DNA of 27,726 nt. It comes from a virus. Its lineage: Duplodnaviria > Caudoviricetes. The first letter of the stretch is position 1. Each line of letters opens with the position of its first letter. Location of the stretch: positions 1 through 27,726 of IMG/VR virus record IMGVR_UViG_3300025167_000484; one strand, given 5' to 3'. The notes below the pieces were generated by a model. That model was not told the origin of the DNA and ran no database searches. It worked only from the letters and a program-made list of their open reading frames with translations. Made by a program: the position numbers and the translations under genes. Of this stretch, positions 9,377-17,220 are shown in pieces.

Positions 9377-10236
9377 ACATCCTCCACGATTTGTTGAACT
9401 CTATGAGTATATAGATGTTTTCTTAAAACCAAGTCTTGTCCTCTTCCTGCAATTTCTTTTGCTTCGCTTCTGTGTATATTATAATAGTAACATAGATTTA
9501 CCAAATCGTCAAAGTCTTTATAATATCTAAGGTGTATCCCATCTTGAAATAATTCTGTTTCCCCTTCCACTTTATTTGTTAGAAGAAGTCCCCCCATACT
9601 CAAAATTTCAAACACCCTCATTTGGTATCCTGAGTTTGTTATTCCTATGTTAAGATTGATTTTTGTGTCATTAACTGTTTTTACATAATCTATATGTGTA
9701 TAAGAATACTGGATGGGGATTCCCTTATCCAATAAATAGTTTATCATATTGATCCTATTCACATTCAGATTGCCAACGAACCCAACATCTATTAATTTAT
9801 TTGATACTTGCAAATCTTTATGAACTTCTTTATCCGCCGCTAATGGAAGGAAAAAAGAATTCTTATTGAATTGTTTATAAAAAGGAAGCTCTGCTTCTGT
9901 GAAGGAATATACAATATCAAATAGAGGGGATTTTGTCTGAATAATGAAAGCGGCTTCTTGGTTTGCTTGCACAGAGTCTTGCAAATATAGTATTTTACAT
10001 ATCCTGCAAGCAAAAACATCCTCTGGGTTTATGCGTTCCCCCTTAATTACCAACAAAAATTCTGCATCTGTAATATATCTTATTCTATTAGAAACTTCGT
10101 GTCTATTCATAACTCTATAATCGGTTTCTATTACTTCATAACCCAAATCTTTAAATGCTTTTGAAATAAAATTTTCCATCCCATTAGGGTTCTTTGTATT
10201 AGCCCCAACCAAATGTATTCTTTTTTTATTTTCCAT
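9358..10236 (-). CDS. CgeB/YkvP-like glycosyltransferase (GT-B)
   Basis: FLPLAAD, DVGFVGN, KINLNI, MRVFEILSMGGLLLT, IAGRGQDLVLRKHLYTHRV. Start placed at ATG 10236 rather than TTG 10251. Confidence 0.88.
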   Translation of the reverse strand: MENKKRIHLVGANTKNPNGMENFISKAFKDLGYEVIETDYRVMNRHEVSNRIRYITDAEFLLVIKGERINPEDVFACRICKILYLQDSVQANQEAAFIIQTKSPLFDIVYSFTEAELPFYKQFNKNSFFLPLAADKEVHKDLQVSNKLIDVGFVGNLNVNRINMINYLLDKGIPIQYSYTHIDYVKTVNDTKINLNIGITNSGYQMRVFEILSMGGLLLTNKVEGETELFQDGIHLRYYKDFDDLVNLCYYYNIHRSEAKEIAGRGQDLVLRKHLYTHRVQQIVEDVCQMKN

Positions 10237-10831
10237 AGTGTACCTTTTCAAAATCTACAATAGAATGCCAAATTTGTCTTCCTCTATCCTTATCTATATG
10301 AATGCCCAAAGAACTTATACTATGATAAACCTCATCATAATTCTCAAGAAAATAGGGAAAATACAAAATATGGTGTTTTATTCTAAGATTTATACACGTA
10401 TTTATAAAAACTTTAAATTTTTCATCCAATTCAGCAGGTGAGAAATTTGTGTAATATCCTAAATTACCATGACTTTTCTTTGATTCTAATGCGTGTAATG
10501 GTTCCCTATAGGTTATTAAAACAGATATATTAGGTTTTACCACAGTCCAAATTTTTAAAATATTTGGATTAAAAAGTAAACGAGGGTGCTTCATAACAAT
10601 TTTATCAATTTTAGCAATTTCTTTTTCCAAAAATAAAATTAGTTCTTCTGAAAAAGGGTTATTTTGAAAAGTAGTTAAAACGGCTTGTACCTGTTCGTCT
10701 TCAAAACCTGCATTTATGGAATCGTTCCAAGAACCTCCTGTATTATAACCTAAGTCATGCAAAAATTTGGTGAGTAGTGAAGTCCCTGATCTAAAAAATC
10801 CCGTGATAAAAAGATGTTTTTGATAATCCAT
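10226..10831 (-). CDS. Sulfotransferase-family protein
   Basis: 5'-phosphosulfate-binding loop FITGFFRSGTSLL, KHP, and 3'-phosphate-binding-like YREPLHALES. Confidence 0.75.
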   Translation of the reverse strand: MDYQKHLFITGFFRSGTSLLTKFLHDLGYNTGGSWNDSINAGFEDEQVQAVLTTFQNNPFSEELILFLEKEIAKIDKIVMKHPRLLFNPNILKIWTVVKPNISVLITYREPLHALESKKSHGNLGYYTNFSPAELDEKFKVFINTCINLRIKHHILYFPYFLENYDEVYHSISSLGIHIDKDRGRQIWHSIVDFEKVHYGK

Positions 10832-10840
10832 ATTTATCCT

Positions 10841-11512
10841 TTATAAATAAACACTCACAATCTCAGAATAATAATTAGTCCAATATTCCCTATTATGTAC
10901 ATTTGTTTTACAATGACAATTACCACACAAAGTTATTAAATTTTCTGGGTTATTGTTTTTCTTGTCATAATCTATATGGTGAATACATAAATTTTCTGTG
11001 TTCATACATCCAGGTGTTTGACATATATTTAAATCTCTATTTTTAATGAATTGTTTAAATTCTTTATTAAATTCTTTAGGATATATTTCAAAAGAAGAGC
11101 CTCCATTCCAATTTGGGGATAATTCCCGTTTCTTCCCATACATAGGGTTATCTTTTCCTATCCATTTACCCTTTCTATATTTAGACATTTTTTGTCTTGT
11201 TTCTTCTAACACTTCTCTCCCCATAGCTTTATTTCTTATTTTTAATCTTGTTTCTTCTGTAACTTTTTTACCAAAAGAGGGGCTTTTTTCACCCTTTTTT
11301 CCAAATTGTGGATTGTTCTTTCCCTTTTTAGATTCAGATACTTTCTTATTTCTTTCCTTAGAATATTGCTGACAACCACAGGATTTACATCTTTTTCCAC
11401 TACTTAATTGTCTTTCAACTTCTTGTAAACAAAAAGAACATAAAAATATGCCATAATAAATCCATCTACCATTCTTATTTTTCTCTTTTCTTGTTTTTCT
11501 TATTAATTTCAT
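10841..11512 (-). CDS. HNH homing endonuclease with NUMOD3-like repeats
   Basis: CSFC/SCGC; repeats TEETRLKIR and EETRQKMS; GKxNP motifs; [23 protein letters not shown]. Start at ATG 11512, 1 nt after the upstream stop, matching the N-terminus of its paralog. Confidence 0.9.
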   Translation of the reverse strand: MKLIRKTRKEKNKNGRWIYYGIFLCSFCLQEVERQLSSGKRCKSCGCQQYSKERNKKVSESKKGKNNPQFGKKGEKSPSFGKKVTEETRLKIRNKAMGREVLEETRQKMSKYRKGKWIGKDNPMYGKKRELSPNWNGGSSFEIYPKEFNKEFKQFIKNRDLNICQTPGCMNTENLCIHHIDYDKKNNNPENLITLCGNCHCKTNVHNREYWTNYYSEIVSVYL

Positions 11513-11513
11513 A

Positions 11514-12746
11514 TTATAATTTTTGTAAAAAACAATCAAAAGACCATGAATTTTGAATTTTATCAAAACTTAATAATTTAAATTGTGTTTGTAATTTAGC
11601 TAAAACCATGTTCCTAAAATCTTCTGGCAAAAAGTCATTTATGTGGGTTGGGTCTGCTTGTTCTGTCCCGATGTTTGGAATATATCTTTTATGAGGAACA
11701 ATAAGTAACAATACCCCTCCAACTCTTAATTTCTTAAACCAATCTTCTACTGCTTGAACAGGGTCTTTAATATGTTCGATAAGATGAGAAGCACAAATAA
11801 AATCAAGTGTTTCATCTCTAAAAGGTAATTCCTTTGTCCCATCCCAAACTAATTCTGGTGTCTTCCCACCATTTCTGTCTTGATCCACCCCAACTGCAAA
11901 ATTCACCTTTTTTCGATTATTACAACCTAAATCCAGGCCGTTCAACATATTTTCTTGTGTCTTTAAAAAATTATTTATAAATTCTGTCTCAGACCTCCAT
12001 AAATGACTACCAGATGTTTGTAAAATAATATTGAATTTCCCCTCAACCCAAAGGTCGGGTCTCCGTTGGAGTGCCCGATTAAATATTAAATTCTTCCAAT
12101 ACTGAGGGTCATTTCCTTCTCTTACCCATTTCTGAGTAAATTGCTCAGAATGCAAACGATTCTCTACCAAAACTTCTGATATATGCTTTAGTTGAACAGA
12201 ATGCCCCACAAGTCTAATAATAAAATCCGTATCTGCGGAATATTTAAGCGTTGTGTCCCATCCCCCAATTTCTAATGTTTTATCCCTTCTGTAGCATTGA
12301 AGATGCCCAATATTTTGAAGATCCTTTATACTTCCAGATTTCCATTCAGGATATTTTCTAACCTGATTTGTTCCTAAAATTTTAAGATCTGAATATATAA
12401 ATCCAATCTTTCTATTTACTTCCTTATCAATAAAATTTGAAAGTTTTTGCAAAGCATCTGGCATCAAAACATCATCGTGGTCTAATCTAATTAACCATTC
12501 ACCTTTAGAATAATAAACTCCTATGTTATGACTCTTCTGTAGGCCAAGATTTTGCTCATTCTTCACGTATATTAAGTCTATTTCAGGTCTATCCGGCAAT
12601 AAAACTTTTGAGGTAGATGGGGTATCTGAATCATCTATAATTACTACTTGAAATGGTTCTTTATATATTTGATTATAACAAGACTCCACCGCTTCTGACA
12701 AAAACTGGGGTTGATTATATGCAGTAATTATAATTGAGAATTTCAT
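11514..12746 (-). CDS. Family 2 glycosyltransferase fused to a C-terminal SAM-dependent methyltransferase domain
   Basis: SIIITAYNQ, VVIIDD, LDHDD (DxD), IGGWD...ADTDF; C-terminal LDLGC, LPFRDETLDFICASHLIEH, LRVGG, DPTH. Confidence 0.92.
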   Translation of the reverse strand: MKFSIIITAYNQPQFLSEAVESCYNQIYKEPFQVVIIDDSDTPSTSKVLLPDRPEIDLIYVKNEQNLGLQKSHNIGVYYSKGEWLIRLDHDDVLMPDALQKLSNFIDKEVNRKIGFIYSDLKILGTNQVRKYPEWKSGSIKDLQNIGHLQCYRRDKTLEIGGWDTTLKYSADTDFIIRLVGHSVQLKHISEVLVENRLHSEQFTQKWVREGNDPQYWKNLIFNRALQRRPDLWVEGKFNIILQTSGSHLWRSETEFINNFLKTQENMLNGLDLGCNNRKKVNFAVGVDQDRNGGKTPELVWDGTKELPFRDETLDFICASHLIEHIKDPVQAVEDWFKKLRVGGVLLLIVPHKRYIPNIGTEQADPTHINDFLPEDFRNMVLAKLQTQFKLLSFDKIQNSWSFDCFLQKL

Positions 12747-13094
12747 TTAATTTTCTTCCTCATCATCTTCCAAATCAACTTCTACTGTAGGGTCTTCCCC
12801 ATTTTCCAATTTTTCTTGACAACATGAGCAAGTCGTCTCATATCTATCACCAAATTTATTCTCAAATTCTTCATAAAAATCATATACATTGGATAAAAAT
12901 CCAATTAAAAATCTATAATCTCTATCTGTTTCCCCAAACTGCCACAAAAGATGTAAGGCATGGTAAATTGAATCTTTTGTTAATTCTATATCATCTTCCT
13001 TTTCATTCAAGGAAAGCCTATTAACTGCGTACTCTATAAAGTCGTCTTCAAAATTTTCTAAAGGTCTTAACTTTTTTTCCTCTTTTTTTGTCAT
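12747..13094 (-). CDS. Hypothetical acidic protein with one copy of an unknown repeated domain
   Basis: GAGG RBS; shares ExF-x6-Y-x3-RL and EFENKFG.RY with the neighbouring gene. Confidence 0.75.
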   Translation of the reverse strand: MTKKEEKKLRPLENFEDDFIEYAVNRLSLNEKEDDIELTKDSIYHALHLLWQFGETDRDYRFLIGFLSNVYDFYEEFENKFGDRYETTCSCCQEKLENGEDPTVEVDLEDDEEEN

Positions 13095-13103
13095 TTTATA
13101 CCT

Positions 13104-13589
13104 CTATTTGTTTTTATACCTACTCCCAAATTTGTTTTCAAATTCACTATAAAGATTATCAATTTCTATTATTTTACTAATAGCTTCTTTAGCATTGCTA
13201 TTGGCTAAAATGGAAAGAGTTTCATCAACCCAATCCTTCTTTTCTTCTATGCTATGATTATTCCAATCATTTGAAGGTGTCCAATCATTTTCTGGGTCTG
13301 TTAATCTACTTGAAATATATGTTAATACTACATCATTATAAGTTTCCTCTGGTTTAATTTGAAATTTCTTATGTTCAAATTCCCACCACAAATAATCAAT
13401 TTCAAGGGTTCTTCTAAGAACACAATTAACACAATATTGGCATAAAAGTTGCAATATAGTTGCAATATATATTGCTGGTTTTCTTGATTCCTCCTTAGAA
13501 GGGTCAGGAACAAATCCCAATCTATGCATAATATATGTATGACAATCCAACCCAAAATCTTCTTTTTTCCTTTTTATTATTTTATTCAT
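13104..13589 (-). CDS. Hypothetical protein with two copies of the same unknown domain
   Basis: Internal duplication: EDFGLDCHTYIMHRL...EIDYLWWEFEHK versus ETYNDVVLTYISSRL...EIDNLYSEFENK. Confidence 0.75.
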   Translation of the reverse strand: MNKIIKRKKEDFGLDCHTYIMHRLGFVPDPSKEESRKPAIYIATILQLLCQYCVNCVLRRTLEIDYLWWEFEHKKFQIKPEETYNDVVLTYISSRLTDPENDWTPSNDWNNHSIEEKKDWVDETLSILANSNAKEAISKIIEIDNLYSEFENKFGSRYKNK

Positions 13590-13606
13590 AGTTTAATATT
13601 ATCATA

Positions 13607-14677
13607 TTATACAATTATGTCAATTAAATGTTTAGAATTCTCAAACCACCCAAGGTTAGCCTCAGCATACTTCCTACTTGCTAATTGCATTTTATATAAT
13701 TCCTCTTTGTTTTCAGATAGTTCTATCATTTTCTCAGCAAAATCTACAATGTCTACCTCACAAGATTTAACGAAAATTCCAGGAATTTCTTTCTTCTCTT
13801 TAACTTTTATTAAATAACCATTTTCCCCCTCAATTATCCTTTCATTTAGAGGAGCACAATCAGTTGCTATTACAGGTCTGCCCAATGCTAAAGATTCCAT
13901 CTGCGGAAGGCAATTACCCTCCCATCGGCTTGGCAATACCACCAAATCTGCCTCTTGGTAATATTTAATAAGTTCCTGAGTAGAGACAGTGGAACTTGAT
14001 TTTATAACATTTTGTGACCTCACTGATTGATTCTCCTGCTGTGTATGAATGTGCAGTAAAGTTTTGTCTCTTGGGCAAATCCAACTAAAAGCATCTACTA
14101 CAGCTTTTTCATTCTTACGATCATTTACCCCACCAAAACCTGCTGGGAAAAAAATTAAGGGTTTATCTTTTTTGATAGGTTCTTGGAAGGAATATTGGTC
14201 TAAATCTATCCCCCAAGGAACAAAAACAGCATTATCTAAAAGATGATCGTTTTTTAAGAGATTATATGAGGATTTGGTAGGACAAACAATATGTGTAAAC
14301 TGTTGATAATATTGAAGTTCTGCCGGATTTATGAATTCCCATACGACATAATTTATACTTTTGACCCCTAATTTGTTGCAAATTGGGACAAGATTTTTGG
14401 TATGTTGTTCCTCTACAAAAATTACTATATCAAGTTTATTTGCAATAATCCATTGTTCAAAATCCCCTTCTTCTATCTTATAATTTGGATAAAGCAAGAT
14501 ATTTGGGTGGAAGTAATCGTCCCAGTATTTTATTTTCTTTCTGTTGTCAGCTATGGACATTCTGGCAAGAATAGATATATTGGCATTTGGTATATGCCAC
14601 TGAATAGCTTGTTTAATCTGTTGACAAATTACGCCAGAACCACGATCAAAATATACAGACACAATTCCAATATTCAT
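13607..14677 (-). CDS. Family 4 glycosyltransferase (GT-B)
   Basis: VPWGIDL, RKN, ADLVVLPSRWEGNCLPQMESLALGRPVIATD (EX7E), IIEGENGYL. Confidence 0.95.
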   Translation of the reverse strand: MNIGIVSVYFDRGSGVICQQIKQAIQWHIPNANISILARMSIADNRKKIKYWDDYFHPNILLYPNYKIEEGDFEQWIIANKLDIVIFVEEQHTKNLVPICNKLGVKSINYVVWEFINPAELQYYQQFTHIVCPTKSSYNLLKNDHLLDNAVFVPWGIDLDQYSFQEPIKKDKPLIFFPAGFGGVNDRKNEKAVVDAFSWICPRDKTLLHIHTQQENQSVRSQNVIKSSSTVSTQELIKYYQEADLVVLPSRWEGNCLPQMESLALGRPVIATDCAPLNERIIEGENGYLIKVKEKKEIPGIFVKSCEVDIVDFAEKMIELSENKEELYKMQLASRKYAEANLGWFENSKHLIDIIV

Positions 14678-14683
14678 TTATAT

Positions 14684-14712
14684 ATTATATCTTATTATTT
14701 TATAAAAGGCAA
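14684..14712 (-). promoter_or_regulatory. Sigma70-like promoter for the glycan cluster; probably a leaderless transcript
   Basis: TTGCCT (14712-14707), 17-nt spacer, TATAAT (14689-14684), 6 nt, ATG at 14677; no SD in between. Confidence 0.75.
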
Positions 14713-14725
14713 GTTTTTATTTGAT

Positions 14726-15181
14726 CTAAGTTAATACAACAGATATGATCTTATGGCAAACCAGAGAGACTACTCCACCCATAACAATTTCTTGGTCTCG
14801 TGCCAAAACATAAGGGGTTATGGATAGAATTTCAGATCCTAATTGAGGACAATAATCATTTATGTCCCAATTTTCCCTTAAAACGTTCCCCAATTTTGAA
14901 AGCCCCGTCCTTAACCCCTGGCGGGAATTTCGGTCATTTAAATTTGCATACCAATATGTTATGGAAAGTTGCATAGAAAGTGTTTTTCTTCTAGGCATTT
15001 CCTTCCATGCTTCTGTAATACTATCCAATTCTATTGTGATATAGGGGTATTTGGGGATGAAATTATCCTCAGTTTTTGCAATATCTGCAACAGCTAAGTA
15101 ATCTTTATAATTACTTATAACTGTGTGCACATTTGTGATTAGGTCTTCAATGTAATTTGTGGTATCTGAAGGATTTGACAT
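14726..15181 (-). CDS. Putative tail terminator / tail completion protein
   Basis: 151 aa, directly after the gpG-like gene; YPYITIE followed by an alternating beta/helix pattern. Mostly a positional call. Confidence 0.55.
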   Translation of the reverse strand: MSNPSDTTNYIEDLITNVHTVISNYKDYLAVADIAKTEDNFIPKYPYITIELDSITEAWKEMPRRKTLSMQLSITYWYANLNDRNSRQGLRTGLSKLGNVLRENWDINDYCPQLGSEILSITPYVLARDQEIVMGGVVSLVCHKIISVVLT

Positions 15182-15690
15182 TATATATTAGTCTCTACAG
15201 CTTTTTCCATAATTTGAAATACTTGCTCGGCTTCCTCTTCCGTGATGAAGAAAAATTCTCTTTTATTGTTAAAAAATTTAGCATAGGGCAACTTCGATCC
15301 AGAAATAGCATACCTGAATTGAACCCCATTTGCTATTTTATCAACTTCAAATATGTTAGCATCTTTCTCTCGTTCTGTTGCGGATGTGTACATGGTATTA
15401 GTTAAGCGTCCCAATTCGTTTAACTTGCATACTCTTTTTCCAAAAGAACCAACCTTAACTTTGTATCCTTTGCTAACTGCTCTTGTTTTCCATTTTCTAT
15501 ACATTGGTGTAAGTGGCTTCCAATTAGACTTCCCCTCTTCAAAACGCTTCTTAATAAAAACACTAATTTGTTCAAATACATTTTTCCATAAAGCATTAGT
15601 AAAAGTTTTATTTTTTAGTGCCTCATCTAATCCTTCAAAATCTCTTATAATTTCGGTTGCACCATCAATTTCTACTTTCCAAGTTATCAT
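15181..15690 (-). CDS. Phage virion morphogenesis protein (Mu gpG-like)
   Basis: RFEEGKSNWKPLTPMYRKWK, LNELGRL, PYAKF...REFF; follows the connector gene. Confidence 0.75.
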   Translation of the reverse strand: MITWKVEIDGATEIIRDFEGLDEALKNKTFTNALWKNVFEQISVFIKKRFEEGKSNWKPLTPMYRKWKTRAVSKGYKVKVGSFGKRVCKLNELGRLTNTMYTSATEREKDANIFEVDKIANGVQFRYAISGSKLPYAKFFNNKREFFFITEEEAEQVFQIMEKAVETNI

Positions 15691-15692
15691 AA

Positions 15693-16181
15693 CTATTTTT
15701 TATAATGAGTTTTTATGTCCTTGGAATCTTCAAGCAATCCGTCTCCGATTCCTTGCACACCACGATCTTTGAAAATCCTTGTAGCACTTGTGTATCCAGC
15801 CATATTAGAAGTATCCCCACTGGCTCCTGAGATGTAACCCTTCTTATAAGATTCGATAGTTTTATCCACCATTTCTTTCCAAGACTTCACTACGTCTGAT
15901 AACTCACCTGGCTTATTTGCACTGAATACTGCACTGTAAAGCAAAAATGCCCCCATATAATCTGAAGCAAACTGAAGGGAATTTGGGGCAGGACTTACTG
16001 GAATGGAAGAAACAGTATCTTCAAGTTGAGAATTTATGTAGCGTTCCCCATCTTCAATGTAAGCTCTTACATCAGAAGTTCCTAACGAATCTGTCATAGC
16101 TGTGCCTATCGAAAGATTCCCATAGGCTATTCTTAAAATACGTTCAATGGTTTGTGTCCCAGTTGAATAATTTATTGACAT
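15693..16181 (-). CDS. Putative head-tail connector/adaptor (Mu gp36/DUF1320-like)
   Basis: YIEDGERYINSQL...IPVSPAPNSLQFASDYMGAFLLY helical pattern; size and position fit. Confidence 0.65.
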   Translation of the reverse strand: MSINYSTGTQTIERILRIAYGNLSIGTAMTDSLGTSDVRAYIEDGERYINSQLEDTVSSIPVSPAPNSLQFASDYMGAFLLYSAVFSANKPGELSDVVKSWKEMVDKTIESYKKGYISGASGDTSNMAGYTSATRIFKDRGVQGIGDGLLEDSKDIKTHYKK

Positions 16182-16182
16182 A

Positions 16183-16260
16183 TTATTTTTTCTTTTTAGG
16201 TTTTATTTTTGTTAAATATGTATTTGTTTTGATCTTAGGTGTTTGTTTTGTTATAGCCAT
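16183..16260 (-). CDS. 25-aa microprotein homologous to the major capsid protein N-terminus; absent from the ORF track
   Basis: MAITKQTPKIKTNTYLTKIKPKKKK versus MCP MAITIQTGKIKTNQHLSKI (14/19 identical); fills the intergenic gap with 1-nt spacing on each side. Confidence 0.75.
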   Translation of the reverse strand: MAITKQTPKIKTNTYLTKIKPKKKK

Positions 16261-16261
16261 T

Positions 16262-16621
16262 TTATTTAACTGTGTAACCTTGTGAATTCAAAAAAGCTGT
16301 GCCAAATAAATTACTTAGTTTTATATTCAAAGCAGTGCCTTCTGAAGTTTTCAATGGGGTTACAAAAAATTCATTTATTTTATCAGCAGTAGGTAATTGC
16401 ATAAAATATAAAAATGCTGTACCATTTAAGAACTGAACAGAACAACCAGCCAAATTACTTGAAAAAGATAAACCAGTGATAAATTGAATATCTCTTCCAG
16501 AAGTAGGGGCAACAGATAAACTAACTGTTCCACCGCTAACAGTTCCTATAGAACCATGCCATCTACGATTCCATGAATCCGTTTCCTTGGATCTTATAAT
16601 TTGATCAAAGTCTCTTGGCAT
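16262..16621 (-). CDS. Hypothetical beta-rich protein, probable virion component
   Basis: Between the MCP and connector genes; five GT dipeptides. Confidence 0.7.
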   Translation of the reverse strand: MPRDFDQIIRSKETDSWNRRWHGSIGTVSGGTVSLSVAPTSGRDIQFITGLSFSSNLAGCSVQFLNGTAFLYFMQLPTADKINEFFVTPLKTSEGTALNIKLSNLFGTAFLNSQGYTVK

Positions 16622-16885
16622 TTATATCAACCCAGTCCCAATAAAAATTCCGATTGCGGTTCCAGCAACTCCAGCATAGGTTCCGCCTCCGACTTGCCAT
16701 ATAGTCACTGATTTCATATTATCAAAAGAAGTTCCGTATGTATGAGCAGTTGATTTATTTAAAGCTGTTATTACATGTTGGGGAACTTTTATAAGCCATG
16801 ATCCATCCACATTCTTATCTCTCATCAATTGAACCCGACCAACTCTATATATTCCAAACTGACTATTATCTATCACATCAGCCAT
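16622..16885 (-). CDS. Hypothetical protein, probable virion component
   Basis: AGGGG RBS; Gly-rich C-terminus; four GT dipeptides. Confidence 0.7.
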   Translation of the reverse strand: MADVIDNSQFGIYRVGRVQLMRDKNVDGSWLIKVPQHVITALNKSTAHTYGTSFDNMKSVTIWQVGGGTYAGVAGTAIGIFIGTGLI

Positions 16886-16902
16886 TGATTATCTAACCCC
16901 CT

Positions 16903-17154
16903 TTATTTCTTATGTGAAAAATTGTGTATTAAATTTTTATCAACAAGAACACTTTTTGATAAATCTGTTACAAAATTTATTTCCTTTTTCCGTTTACCAA
17001 CTTTCCCTTTGGGCTGCAACTCTTGTGGAAGAATTTCGATCCAACCAAGTTCTTTATAATATTCTGCTAAATTTTTAGTAATATCAAAAATATCCCCTAA
17101 ATTTTGGGGACCGTTGGGATATAAGGTGCTATAATGTTTGCATCGCACAAGCAT
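16903..17154 (-). CDS. Small capsid-adjacent hypothetical protein
   Basis: GAGGGA RBS; GDIFDITKNLAEYYKELGWIE resembles the small proteins often encoded right after MCP genes. Confidence 0.7.
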   Translation of the reverse strand: MLVRCKHYSTLYPNGPQNLGDIFDITKNLAEYYKELGWIEILPQELQPKGKVGKRKKEINFVTDLSKSVLVDKNLIHNFSHKK

Positions 17155-17175
17155 TTAAATTCCCTCAATAATATA

Positions 17176-17199
17176 GGGACCTCTTTTTATAGAGGTCCC
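17176..17199 (-). terminator. Stem-loop downstream of the MCP gene (leaky terminator or mRNA stabiliser)
   Basis: GGGACCTCT-ATAAAA-AGAGGTCCC, 9-bp stem, followed by an imperfect U-tract (TATATTATT). Confidence 0.6.
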
Positions 17200-17220
17200 A
17201 TCAATTTAATAAAACTAAAA

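Noticed and set aside
14726-15181. Concluding the phage is tailless because no tail tube or tape measure gene follows
   Set aside because: Neck and terminator-like genes are present, and tail genes may lie beyond the window.
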